A DNA stretch of 64,000 bases from an uncultured Candidatus Saccharibacteria bacterium (GTDB lineage Bacteria; Patescibacteriota; Minisyncoccia; Phycocordibacterales; UBA9973): the NCBI GenBank assembly GCA_964432275.1, contig CAYSMH010000003.1:6718-70717 (forward strand), given 5' to 3'. The position numbers and the translations under genes are program-made. Shown piece after piece: positions 8,772-18,557 of this stretch. Within the stretch, counting starts at the first letter, position 1, and each line of letters opens with the position of its first letter. The notes below the pieces were generated by a model. It did no database searches. It saw nothing but the letters and a program-made list of their open reading frames with translations, and was not told the origin of the DNA.

Positions 8772-10424
8772 ATGAATAATGAGTATTCAAAAATAAAATA
8801 CTTCACTTACGCTCGCAAGTCGCAGGAGGGTGAGGAAAAACAAGTGCAATCAATCCCCGATCAATTGCGCGAGGCTGATGTTGTTGCAAAGCGCTATAAC
8901 ATAAAAGTTGTAGATGTTCTGACCGAAGAAGGTTCTGCAAAAGAGCCTGGCAAGCGCCCCATCTTTGAGGAGATGCTTGAGCGTATTAAAAATGGTGAGG
9001 CAAATGGAATTATTTGTTGGAACCTCAATCGTCTCTCTCGAAACCCAGTCGACAGCGGCAAGCTCCAATGGATGCTCCAACAAGGGCATATCCAATCAAT
9101 ACTCACACCGTCGCGGGAATACAAGCCCAATGACAATGCAATTATTTTTAGTGTGGAAAGTGGTGGCGCAAACCAATTTATTCTTGACCTCAAGGTTGGA
9201 GTAAATCGAGGACTCACAAGTAAGGTGAAGAAGGGGCAGGCGCCTGTCCGCGCACCGCTTGGGTACTTAAATACCAAGCACGAAGCTCGAGGTGAAAACT
9301 ACATTATCAAAGACCCTGAACGATTCGATCTTGTCAAAAAAACATGGACGCTGATGCTCACTGGTGAATACTCTATTCCCAAGCTTCTCAAAATTGTAAA
9401 CGATGATTGGGGTATGCGTACGCGCAAGTTCAAACATCATGGCGGTGGACCGATCAACAAAAGCACGATGTACAACATCTTTACCAATATTTTCTATACT
9501 GGTCTCTTTTTGTATCGAGGAGAAATAAGCAATGGTGTACACGAACCCATGATCACACTCGAGGAGTTTGATAAGGTACAGGTGTTACTTGGCCGATACG
9601 GGCGACCACGATCCAAGACCCATTCATTTGCCTATACGGGCACCATGGTATGTGCAGAATGCGGCAGCGGCATCACTGCGTGCGAAAAGACGAAGTTAGT
9701 GAAAGCTACTGGAAAACTCAAGAGTTACACCTTCTATTACTGTTCCCATCGCAAGAATGGGGTGAAAAACAAGTGTACCCAACGAGCGTACATCCCTTTG
9801 GAAACGATGGAAGAAATGATAAAGGCAGAGATCGATAAGTATACGATTTCTGAAAAGTTCCGTGATTGGGCTCTCCGTATTCTCCAAGAAGAGCACTCAG
9901 AGGAGGCCAAGGAACGTGAGGCGATCTACAGCTCCCAACTGGCCTCCCTTGAGGGTACCCAAAGGGAGCTAGATGCGCTTATAACGATGCGTATGCGTGA
10001 TTTCATAAATGATGAGCAATACGTATCACGAAAGAAAGGCCTCACGGATAAAATCGTCATTCTGACACAGAAAGTCACCCAAACGCAGAAACGAGCACAC
10101 AACTGGATGGAACACACTGAAGAGGCCTTTAACTTTGCTCATACAGCAAAGGCAAGGTTTGATAACCCTAAAACAACCCTAGATGAGAAAAAATCCATCT
10201 TTATGTCCCTCGGTTGGAACTACGAGGTGAAAGACGAAAAACTCTTTATAAATCAGTGTAAGTACCTAGAACCAATAGCAGAAAAACGAAAAGCCGTTGA
10301 AAGTGAAATAAGTCGGTTGGAACTGGGAAAAACCTTTGCCTTAAAAGGACAAAACACCCATTTAGGGGTGTCTTGTCCAGTTCTGCGCGAACGACGGGAC
10401 TTGAACCCGCAACCTCCCGCGTGA
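8772..10424 (+). CDS. Large serine recombinase
   Basis: YARKS, RLSRN, recombinase domain, Zn ribbon CAECG..YYC..C, coiled coil; last codons antisense to tRNA-Asp. Confidence 0.93.
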   Translation: MNNEYSKIKYFTYARKSQEGEEKQVQSIPDQLREADVVAKRYNIKVVDVLTEEGSAKEPGKRPIFEEMLERIKNGEANGIICWNLNRLSRNPVDSGKLQWMLQQGHIQSILTPSREYKPNDNAIIFSVESGGANQFILDLKVGVNRGLTSKVKKGQAPVRAPLGYLNTKHEARGENYIIKDPERFDLVKKTWTLMLTGEYSIPKLLKIVNDDWGMRTRKFKHHGGGPINKSTMYNIFTNIFYTGLFLYRGEISNGVHEPMITLEEFDKVQVLLGRYGRPRSKTHSFAYTGTMVCAECGSGITACEKTKLVKATGKLKSYTFYYCSHRKNGVKNKCTQRAYIPLETMEEMIKAEIDKYTISEKFRDWALRILQEEHSEEAKEREAIYSSQLASLEGTQRELDALITMRMRDFINDEQYVSRKKGLTDKIVILTQKVTQTQKRAHNWMEHTEEAFNFAHTAKARFDNPKTTLDEKKSIFMSLGWNYEVKDEKLFINQCKYLEPIAEKRKAVESEISRLELGKTFALKGQNTHLGVSCPVLRERRDLNPQPPA

Positions 10425-10459
10425 CAGGCGGGTGCTCTAACCAGTTGAGCTACGTCCGC
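10386..10459 (-). tRNA. tRNA-Asp(GTC)
   Basis: GCGGACGTAGCTCAACTGGTTAGAGC..CTGTCAC..GGTTCAAGTCC cloverleaf. Confidence 0.93.
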
Positions 10460-10487
10460 AAATTGTTAACAAAGCCTTTCGGCCGGG

Positions 10488-10561
10488 TGTCGACGGGTGG
10501 GCACGATCCACCGACCTTAGCGTTATGAATGCTACGCTCTAACCAGCTGAGCTACGCCGAC
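10488..10561 (-). tRNA. tRNA with CAT anticodon (elongator Met or Ile2), atypical T-loop
   Basis: Paired G1-C72 acceptor, anticodon loop TTCATAA, T-loop ATCGTGC. Confidence 0.8.
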
Positions 10562-10634
10562 AATCTTGCAATGACAGGGCTCAAAAAATATAGCATATAT
10601 CCACGAAAATTCAACACGTGCTATACTGTCAGTA

Positions 10635-11492
10635 ATGAAAAAGTATGGTCTAATAATCGCGCTAACTATTATAGTACTTCCGGTATGTGCCTTTGCAGCG
10701 CCTCGTACACCTGCGCCAACACTGAGCGCAAAAGGTGTTGCGATATATGGATGGAATGAAGGTGATACTGAACCAACACCGTTGTATTTGAAAAATGAAC
10801 ATCGACTATATCCGATCGCAAGCCTCACAAAGCTTGTGACTGCAAAGGTTGCAGAAGAGTTGTACGATAAGGAAACAATATTTACGCTTTCTAAAAAGGC
10901 GATATCTACGTACGGTATTACCAATGGGATGTATGTCGGTGCACAGTTTACTCGAGATGATTTACTCAAAGCGCTTTTGGTAAATTCTAGCAACGATGCC
11001 GCAGCTGCGCTCATGGAACGAGTAGGGACAAAGACATTTTTGGAAAAAATGAATAATGTGTTGCATACCAACAAATATACGATGACATCATTTGTAAACC
11101 CGTCAGGTCTCGATCCGGTGCAAAAAAGTATAAAACCAAATCGGATGACACCATATCACCTAACCCGGTTACTCAACGATATCTACCGTTCAGACCCGCT
11201 TCTTGTGGATCTTATGTCCAAAGACGCTGTAGAGATAACCAACCTCAAGACCAATACAACTGCGCTACTGAAGCAAACCAATATTTTGTATCGAGATGAA
11301 GCATACAAAGATAAAATACTGATGAGTAAGACCGGACTTACCAACCTTGCAGGTCAAAACGTTGCCTTTATTTCTCCTGGTACTGATGAGTATGAGTACG
11401 TATCTGTAGTGATCCTCGGCTCCAAGAGTAGGGCAACAGACTCACGCAAAGTGATCGATTGGCTCACTAGTGACCAAAACTTCGGGGGATAG
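10635..11492 (+). CDS. D-alanyl-D-alanine carboxypeptidase (peptidase S11)
   Basis: Signal peptide; SLTK, SSN, KTG motifs. Confidence 0.88.
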   Translation: MKKYGLIIALTIIVLPVCAFAAPRTPAPTLSAKGVAIYGWNEGDTEPTPLYLKNEHRLYPIASLTKLVTAKVAEELYDKETIFTLSKKAISTYGITNGMYVGAQFTRDDLLKALLVNSSNDAAAALMERVGTKTFLEKMNNVLHTNKYTMTSFVNPSGLDPVQKSIKPNRMTPYHLTRLLNDIYRSDPLLVDLMSKDAVEITNLKTNTTALLKQTNILYRDEAYKDKILMSKTGLTNLAGQNVAFISPGTDEYEYVSVVILGSKSRATDSRKVIDWLTSDQNFGG

Positions 11493-11595
11493 TTGACATA
11501 TAAACCAAAGGGTGTTATCATAGCTCATTACTCATTTTGTGTTATAGGACTTCGCTGTCTGGATGACACGAAGAAATTAATTAAATAACACAATA

Positions 11596-13029
11596 ATGGA
11601 ACCTAACATTTCGCGTCCACGTGGACGCTCAACAACCCCTCGTCGTACTAGTTCATCAGATACTGCACGACCATTTACCAAACGAGCACCTCGCACAAGT
11701 GGTGGCTTTTCCCCTGGGAAAATCATAACCTCTATTGGTTCTGGTACTCGCTATGAAGGCAAGAAACCAAGCTATCCAAGTCGAGGGTCTGACTTTGGCG
11801 CAAGTCGTCCAAGTTTTGGAGGATCTTCTCGTGGAGGCTACGGTGCTAGTCGGGGCGGATATGGTGGAGGAAGTAGAGGGGGCTTTGGAGGTAGTCGCGG
11901 CGGAGGTCGTCGTGGGCCAAAGGCTGATTTCATCGATGAGAACCGATTCATCAACAAAGCAGCAAAGATCGAAGACGAAGTAGTATACACACCGACACAC
12001 ACATTTTCTGATTTCAATATTCACGAAACACTCGGTAAAAACCTTGCCAAAAAGAATTTCGTACACCCATCTCCTATCCAAGATCAAGCTATTCCGGTAG
12101 CACTTGAAGGTAAAGACATCATCGGTATTGCAGCAACAGGTACTGGTAAGACTGCTGCATTCCTGATCCCTATCATCAACAAGTTCGTAGATGATCGTAT
12201 GCACCAAGCAATGGTGCTTGCGCCGACTCGCGAGCTCGCACAACAAATCGAAGAAGAGTTCCGACTCTTTACGGTTGGTATGCGACTCTACTCAGTATCT
12301 GCAGTTGGGGGTCTTCCGATCACCAAGCAGATCCGTGAGATCGATCAGGGTGTACACATCGTGATTGGTACACCGGGTCGCGTCAAAGATTTGATCGAAC
12401 GAGGCAAGCTCAAACCTGCTGACTTCAACACGATCGTGCTCGATGAAGCAGATCGCATGCTCGACATGGGATTTGTGGATGATATGCGGCAGATTCTCGG
12501 TGCAATGCCGGAGTCCAAGCAATCAATGTTTTTCTCTGCCACATTCTCACCAGAGATCAAGCGTCTTTGTTCAGATTTTCTTCGTGATCCAGTCACTATC
12601 TCGCTCAAAACTCGTGATACCTCTGCAAGTGTTGACCAAGATATTGTGCGTGTACCACGCGGCACTGAAAAAATCGAAGTACTTCATGACCTTCTCAACA
12701 AAGAAGATTTCAAAAAGGTGTTGATCTTCCGCGAAACCAAGCGCAACACTGACGAACTCGCACGAGATCTCAAGAAGCGTGGCTTTGCAGCAATGCCGCT
12801 CCACGGTGACATGAGAAGTCGTGAACGTATGCGTACCGTCGAATCATTCTCAAAAGGAATGACCAAAATTGTGGTAGCAACTGACGTTGCAGCTCGTGGT
12901 ATCGATATCCCTGATATCACACATGTGATCAACTACGATGTGCCATCAACATATGACACCTACGTACACCGTATCGGCCGAACAGGTCGCGGTAACAAAA
13001 AGGGAGTAGCACTTACGTTCGTTCGATAA
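11596..13029 (+). CDS. DEAD-box RNA helicase with RGG-rich N-terminus
   Basis: TGTGKT, PTRELA, DEAD, SAT, HRIGRTGR. Confidence 0.95.
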   Translation: MEPNISRPRGRSTTPRRTSSSDTARPFTKRAPRTSGGFSPGKIITSIGSGTRYEGKKPSYPSRGSDFGASRPSFGGSSRGGYGASRGGYGGGSRGGFGGSRGGGRRGPKADFIDENRFINKAAKIEDEVVYTPTHTFSDFNIHETLGKNLAKKNFVHPSPIQDQAIPVALEGKDIIGIAATGTGKTAAFLIPIINKFVDDRMHQAMVLAPTRELAQQIEEEFRLFTVGMRLYSVSAVGGLPITKQIREIDQGVHIVIGTPGRVKDLIERGKLKPADFNTIVLDEADRMLDMGFVDDMRQILGAMPESKQSMFFSATFSPEIKRLCSDFLRDPVTISLKTRDTSASVDQDIVRVPRGTEKIEVLHDLLNKEDFKKVLIFRETKRNTDELARDLKKRGFAAMPLHGDMRSRERMRTVESFSKGMTKIVVATDVAARGIDIPDITHVINYDVPSTYDTYVHRIGRTGRGNKKGVALTFVR

Positions 13030-13140
13030 TTGAAAAAACACTATTTTGTGATATCTTTGATAAGACTTTATCCGTTGAAAAGGCCTACTTGGTTTTGATT
13101 GTTGTCCCAAAGAGTAGGCCGTACGGATAAAGTTATTTTT

Positions 13141-13216
13141 GCCGTTATAGCTCAGCTGGTAGAGCACTCCATTGGTAATGGGGAGGTCATCGGTTCAAAC
13201 CCGATTAACGGCTCCA
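13141..13216 (+). tRNA. tRNA-Thr(GGT)
   Basis: Cloverleaf, loop TTGGTAA, encoded CCA. Confidence 0.95.
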
Positions 13217-13256
13217 AATAAAAAGAGATTATCTTTCGATAATCTCTGTAATCAAT

Positions 13257-14336
13257 TTACTGCGCAACTTTTCGGAACATGTTGCTTCTCATCCAATCAC
13301 GATCAATGAGTGTCCGCGGGCCTGTTTTTACAATTCCAACAGGGATACCTGTCCAGTCTTCAAGACGTTCGATGAAATCCTCTATCTTTGAACTCAATGT
13401 TTCTTGTTCATAGACAGAGTGGTCAATGTGATCAAGGAATGTCAGCGCGATCTCGCTCGGAGCATTTATCTCGCATGCTCTCTTGATGCCTTGCCAGCTA
13501 AATGTTGCAACTCGACGAACAGTCTTGGTAACTGATGTTTTTTCAGTAATGTCATGTGGTGCACCAGAAAATTTCCTGACGTACTCCCAGTCCACCTCTT
13601 CTGAATCATCATCAAATGGCCCACTGTTACCACCAACACGGATGGGAAATGTACGAGCAACACCGATCGGTCTCACATCGTACGCATGTCCAGGCAATCC
13701 TGCTTCTGCGAGTAATGATGTCACGGTGGCATCTCGGCTTGTCGTATAAGGGAATGTCCCATGAAAGAGGCTTAGTCCAAATCCTTGCGTTCCTTCCAGT
13801 ACAATGACTCCACCTTCATGTAATTCTCTCAGCATAAGGGGAATCGTGTCGGAAATGTAGTCTTTGAGCTCTGGAACATCTTTTGCAAACATACATCGAG
13901 GATCTCGCATGGCCCGGTCTGCAGCAGCTATACCAATACCAAGACCTGCCTTTGCAGAGGTACTTGCAATAGCTGAAGCAAGCCCAGTAGCACGCTCACG
14001 ATCGATCTGGTCTTGAGTAATCACCATCGCATGTGCATCGATGTAGAGCCGGCGTTTGATAGATAACACTTTTTCAATCATTTCAATTTCTGGAAGCAGT
14101 ACATGAAGACTGATCTGTGCACCTTTTCCGATGACGAGCTTTACATGTGGATGTATGCAACCACACGGTATTTGTCGCATGATATACGGTCCTATCGTGT
14201 GGCCCGCATTTGCAGCACCAGTGCGAACAATCATAGATGCTATGGTGCATATATATGCAGCTATTTCTCCTTTGCTTTCTGATCCGAATTGAAGGCCTGT
14301 TACAGGGATAATAGTTCCCAATCTTTCTTTTATCAT
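13257..14336 (-). CDS. Adenylosuccinate synthetase homologue, PurZ0-like
   Basis: GLQFGSESKG, NAGHT, LEGTQG, PYTTSRD, RTFPIRVGGNSGP, TSVTKTVRR, TFLD. Confidence 0.8.
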   Translation of the reverse strand: MIKERLGTIIPVTGLQFGSESKGEIAAYICTIASMIVRTGAANAGHTIGPYIMRQIPCGCIHPHVKLVIGKGAQISLHVLLPEIEMIEKVLSIKRRLYIDAHAMVITQDQIDRERATGLASAIASTSAKAGLGIGIAAADRAMRDPRCMFAKDVPELKDYISDTIPLMLRELHEGGVIVLEGTQGFGLSLFHGTFPYTTSRDATVTSLLAEAGLPGHAYDVRPIGVARTFPIRVGGNSGPFDDDSEEVDWEYVRKFSGAPHDITEKTSVTKTVRRVATFSWQGIKRACEINAPSEIALTFLDHIDHSVYEQETLSSKIEDFIERLEDWTGIPVGIVKTGPRTLIDRDWMRSNMFRKVAQ

Positions 14337-14452
14337 ATAATGATCATTTTTCTTAAAACTACTATAAAACGAGCAAGAGTCAAACCTTTGCACTTTCCCA
14401 TTTTCATGCTATAAATAGTGCCTCCTAACGCCCGAAAATGGGCATTTATTTT

Positions 14453-16258
14453 ATGGAAATACGAAACATCGCAATCATCGCACACGTGGACCACGGCAAG
14501 ACAACCCTTACTGACAAAATGCTCGCATTTTGCGGCATTGTGCTCGATGGTGCATCTATGGACTCCAACGCACTTGAACAAGAGCGCGGCATCACTATCT
14601 ATGCGAAAAACACGGCAGTCATGTACAAAGGTACCAAGATCAACATCGTCGACACTCCAGGTCACGCCGACTTTGGATCTGAAGTAGAGCGTGTGTTGCG
14701 AAGTATCGACTCAGTGCTCCTGATCGTCGATGCTCAAGAAGGCCCAATGCCACAAACACGTTTCGTATTGAAAAAATCTCTTGAGCTCGGGCTCAAGCCA
14801 ATCGTCGTGATCAACAAGATCGACAAACCAGGTGCAGACTGTGCACATACTCATGATGCAGTGTTTGAGCTCTTTATGGAGCTCGGTGCTAGTGATGAAC
14901 AACTCGACTTCACCACTGTGTATGCTATTGGTCGTGAAGGTGTCGCAATGAAAAATGAAACTGACGAACGCAAAGATCTTGAACCACTCTTTGAGACAAT
15001 ACTTGAAAAGGTACCGGTTGCACTTAACGACACTACCAAGCAGTTTCGTATGCAGGCGTTCAACCTTGCGTATGACAACTTCCTCGGACGTCTTGCTGCA
15101 GGACGTGTGTATGAAGGTGTCGCAAAAGCAGGAGATACTGTCTATATCAAAACTGATGGACGTGAGACGCGTACAGCAAAGATCGTCAAACTCTTTACAT
15201 TCATGGGAATGAAGCGTGAAGAAGTGTCTGAAGCAGTAGCAGGAGACATTGTCATGATCGCAGGTATCCCTGACATTTTTATTGGAGAGACTATCTCTAC
15301 TAACAAAGATGCGGAGCTTCTCCCTGCTATCACTATCGATGAGCCGACTATCGTGCTTGACTTCTTGGTCAACAACTCTCCATTTGCTGGAAAAGAAGGA
15401 AAATTTGTCACTTCTCGCCAGATCCGTGAACGACTTGAGCGTGAGCTTGAGACCAACGTCGGACTCAAAGTAAATTTTGATGCAAACCCTGATCGTATTG
15501 CTGAAGGCTTCACTGTCTATGGTCGCGGAGAAATGCACATCGCAGTATTGCTCGAGACTATGCGCCGTGAAGGATATGAAATCCAAGTATCACAGCCACA
15601 AGTTATCATCAAAGAAATCGATGGCGTGAAGAGTGAGCCGTTCGAAGAAGTCACTATCGATGCACCCGCAGAACACCAAGGCGTCATTATCGAGAAGCTC
15701 GGGATGCGAGGATTTATCATGGGCGACATGAATTTGAAAAATAACACCGTCCGTATGGTCTTTACTGGACCTACTCGTGGACTCCTCGGCTACCGCAACC
15801 AGTTCCTCGTAGACACCAAAGGTGAGGGTATTATGAGTGCTCGTGTGCTCGGGTTCCGTCCATACGCAGGCGAGATCACTCGTCGCCAGGTAGGTAGTAT
15901 GATCAGTATGGAGAATGGCAAGGCGCTCGCATTTGCACTCTGGGGTCTCCAAGACCGCGGTACCCTCTATATCGGTCCCCAGACAGAAGTCTACGAAGGT
16001 ATGGTGATCGGCAACACTAGTAAAGGTGAAGAAATGAAAGTAAACCCTACGAAAGGGAAACAGCTCACCAACATGCGTGCATCAGGTACTGATGAAGCGG
16101 TGACGATTATTCCACCGTGGACAATGACGATAGAGCGTGGGCTCGAAGTCATGGTAGATGATGAATTCCTAGAAGTGACACCGCTATCTGTACGTCTTCG
16201 CAAACAGTATCTCAATGATACTGAACGAACAAAAGCTCGACGACCGAAGAACCAGTAA
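14453..16258 (+). CDS. typA: Translational GTPase TypA/BipA
   Basis: [27 protein letters not shown]. Confidence 0.96.
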   Translation: MEIRNIAIIAHVDHGKTTLTDKMLAFCGIVLDGASMDSNALEQERGITIYAKNTAVMYKGTKINIVDTPGHADFGSEVERVLRSIDSVLLIVDAQEGPMPQTRFVLKKSLELGLKPIVVINKIDKPGADCAHTHDAVFELFMELGASDEQLDFTTVYAIGREGVAMKNETDERKDLEPLFETILEKVPVALNDTTKQFRMQAFNLAYDNFLGRLAAGRVYEGVAKAGDTVYIKTDGRETRTAKIVKLFTFMGMKREEVSEAVAGDIVMIAGIPDIFIGETISTNKDAELLPAITIDEPTIVLDFLVNNSPFAGKEGKFVTSRQIRERLERELETNVGLKVNFDANPDRIAEGFTVYGRGEMHIAVLLETMRREGYEIQVSQPQVIIKEIDGVKSEPFEEVTIDAPAEHQGVIIEKLGMRGFIMGDMNLKNNTVRMVFTGPTRGLLGYRNQFLVDTKGEGIMSARVLGFRPYAGEITRRQVGSMISMENGKALAFALWGLQDRGTLYIGPQTEVYEGMVIGNTSKGEEMKVNPTKGKQLTNMRASGTDEAVTIIPPWTMTIERGLEVMVDDEFLEVTPLSVRLRKQYLNDTERTKARRPKNQ

Positions 16259-16299
16259 ATAAAAAAGCCCTCAAGATAGTAGTCTTGGGGGACTTTATT

Positions 16300-16605
16300 T
16301 TATGGCAAGATCCATTTTTTGCCTTTAAGAAAATAGTTATACTGATTATCTCCTAGAGTGACTGTTAGGTAATGACTATAAGCACTCAGTGAAGGCGCGG
16401 GATCTAGGGAGTAGGTACAAACTATGTTATGTTCAGCAGCAAAATTATCTACAACCACAGTTGCTGGTAAGGAACCGTAGTTGAGTTTATTGAGTAACTG
16501 CACAGATTCTTTCTTTGAATCCCTAATCTTTTTAAAGATAAGAAAAAGGAGATAAAATCCTATACATAGGAATGCCCAAAATAATAGGTTACTAAAGATT
16601 TTCAT
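16300..16605 (-). CDS. Hypothetical membrane-anchored protein (AT-rich)
   Basis: N-terminal TM; own TTGACA promoter and hairpin terminator. Confidence 0.5.
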   Translation of the reverse strand: MKIFSNLLFWAFLCIGFYLLFLIFKKIRDSKKESVQLLNKLNYGSLPATVVVDNFAAEHNIVCTYSLDPAPSLSAYSHYLTVTLGDNQYNYFLKGKKWILP

Positions 16606-16655
16606 GATTTTTGTTTTTTGCAACATTACAACTTTTCTGATAGAATGTCAACCAC

Positions 16656-17363
16656 ATGAACGAAAAGCGACTCAAAGAATTTTGGGATAAGGAATACAAG
16701 GATCCGGGGATGTTTGCACTCTCTGATGAAGTGTCTACAGACCTCGTCAAATGCGTCCGATGGATGATGAAGGAATACGGCAAGGATGTATTTCGTCCCG
16801 ATGTTACGGTACTGGATGCGGGGTGTGGCAACGGTCGCAACGTGCTGTGGCTCAACGACATGTTTCGCGTATATGGGTACGGCTACGACATTTCAGGGGA
16901 AGCTATCGCTCAAGCGCAAAAGCAGGCAGACAAACAACAGTGGGGTAGCAAGCTTACATTTTCTGTGCGATCGCTCGATGAGCTTATTCCTCTTGAAAAT
17001 GAGTCTGTAGATCTGGTGATCGATGCAATGTCGTCACACTTTTTAAAAAACGTAGAACGTGCGAGATTTATCTCAGAAGTTGCACGAGTGCTGAAACCGC
17101 AAGGACTATTATTTTTCAAATCATTTTACGCAGAGCGCGATAGCCATACCAAAGAGCTACTTGAGAAACATGGTGCTGGTGAAGAAAACGCATACATTCA
17201 CCCCAAGCTCAAAGTGTACGAGTACGTTTGGACCGATGCGGCACTTGCAGCATCGTTTGATGAACAGTTTATATTGATGAAGAAAGAGCTCTCAGGCAAG
17301 CACCATATCAAAGGCAAACCTGCCAAGCGGCGCTCTGTCGTGTGTTATTTTGAAAAAAAATAA
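16656..17363 (+). CDS. Class I SAM-dependent methyltransferase
   Basis: VLDAGCGNGRN, RVLKPQG. Confidence 0.88.
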   Translation: MNEKRLKEFWDKEYKDPGMFALSDEVSTDLVKCVRWMMKEYGKDVFRPDVTVLDAGCGNGRNVLWLNDMFRVYGYGYDISGEAIAQAQKQADKQQWGSKLTFSVRSLDELIPLENESVDLVIDAMSSHFLKNVERARFISEVARVLKPQGLLFFKSFYAERDSHTKELLEKHGAGEENAYIHPKLKVYEYVWTDAALAASFDEQFILMKKELSGKHHIKGKPAKRRSVVCYFEKK

Positions 17364-17389
17364 TAGCAAATCTAGGCTATACTATAGAA

Positions 17390-18556
17390 ATGAAAGTGCG
17401 ACCCAATGTTTCGCTACCACCTAAACCTCGAGGGCTGCTTATTTATGATGCCGATCGAGAACTCGATACGACACATCCATTGTGGAACGAAATCATGCTC
17501 TACTCAGAACGTCTCGAAGAAGTGCATGTGTTGGTATGTATAAAAAAGTTTCCACAAAAGGCAACCCGTGTAGTACATCTCAATACCAATACGTTCGTAT
17601 ATTATTTACCGAGTAGATGGTTGCTCTTGCGTCTCGGTACTATCCTACCACTCATTCGTTACAACATGGTTTGGAACAAGATGTTTCGTCCGCAATTTAT
17701 TCTCAACCATTCAACTCATAGTGGTGCAATACTCGGGTTTTTCCTTTCTTTGCGATATCGAATTCCGTATGTTGTGTCAACGACTGGAGGCTTTCTCGAA
17801 GCTCCTATTCTTTCGCGTGAATTTCTCTTGCACTATGCGCTCATGCGCTGCGCACAGCAAATACTTGTTCCAGGAGAGAAGACTGCACACGACCTATCAG
17901 CACATACTGGAGTACCGAGTACTCGTATTAGTGTAGTACCACCTGCCGTAGATCTTTCATTTTTGGGACAAAAGGTTGATGCAGTAAGTTTTGCAAAACA
18001 GTATCCTTTTCACAACTTCTTTTTAATTACTCAAACATCAATCGGACATCGGCGAGATATCATGTTTCTTATGCGAGTGTTTCGGCGAGTATTGTCCAAG
18101 TACCCCAAAACAGCGCTTATTATTGTTGTTCCCCGATCACAGGTTGCAGTAGTATCCCACATTGTTGGTGGTCGTCATGCCGCAAGTGTATATGTGTACC
18201 CACAAGGCGATGAGATTGCGCAGATGATTGCTGGTGCACATGTTTATCTTGCTACTTCAGAAACACAAGAAACAGTACTTCCTATAGTACGAGCACTGTC
18301 ACTACATATTCCTGTTGTAGCTACGTCAGTAGGTATTGCCAAAGACCTCTTTACGGGGACTCGGTATGCCCAGTGTACGGTAGCGGTAGGAGATGAAGAT
18401 GCGTACACCAAAGCAGTAGTTGACCTGATTGAACACCAGCAACTACGCGATGAGTATCGTCTCAACACGACAACACTTATTGCAACATTTACTCCTCAGA
18501 CGCCATCGGGGTATATTGCCGCAGTCCTTGCTCATGTGGTACAAGAAAAGGCATAG
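17390..18556 (+). CDS. GT-B (family 4-like) glycosyltransferase
   Basis: [28 protein letters not shown]. Confidence 0.75.
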   Translation: MKVRPNVSLPPKPRGLLIYDADRELDTTHPLWNEIMLYSERLEEVHVLVCIKKFPQKATRVVHLNTNTFVYYLPSRWLLLRLGTILPLIRYNMVWNKMFRPQFILNHSTHSGAILGFFLSLRYRIPYVVSTTGGFLEAPILSREFLLHYALMRCAQQILVPGEKTAHDLSAHTGVPSTRISVVPPAVDLSFLGQKVDAVSFAKQYPFHNFFLITQTSIGHRRDIMFLMRVFRRVLSKYPKTALIIVVPRSQVAVVSHIVGGRHAASVYVYPQGDEIAQMIAGAHVYLATSETQETVLPIVRALSLHIPVVATSVGIAKDLFTGTRYAQCTVAVGDEDAYTKAVVDLIEHQQLRDEYRLNTTTLIATFTPQTPSGYIAAVLAHVVQEKA

Positions 18557-18557
18557 T

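Larger units (their letters stand above)
1934..10392. mobile_element. Integrative element in the tRNA-Asp 3' end (large serine recombinase plus tyrosine recombinase)
   Basis: Junction repeats GCGCGGAC (1934-1941) and GCGCGAAC (10385-10392). The left junction carries the displaced tRNA end (TGGCGCGGAC = reverse complement of GTCCGC-G-CCA) and an in-frame recombinase tail. Confidence 0.8.

Noticed and set aside
11790-11920. Gly/Arg-rich nucleotide repeats
   Set aside because: This is ordinary low-complexity RGG coding sequence of the DEAD-box helicase.
18429-18557. N-terminal extension or programmed frameshift of prfB
   Set aside because: It overlaps the glycosyltransferase 3' end, has no RF2 similarity and contains no CTT-TGA site.
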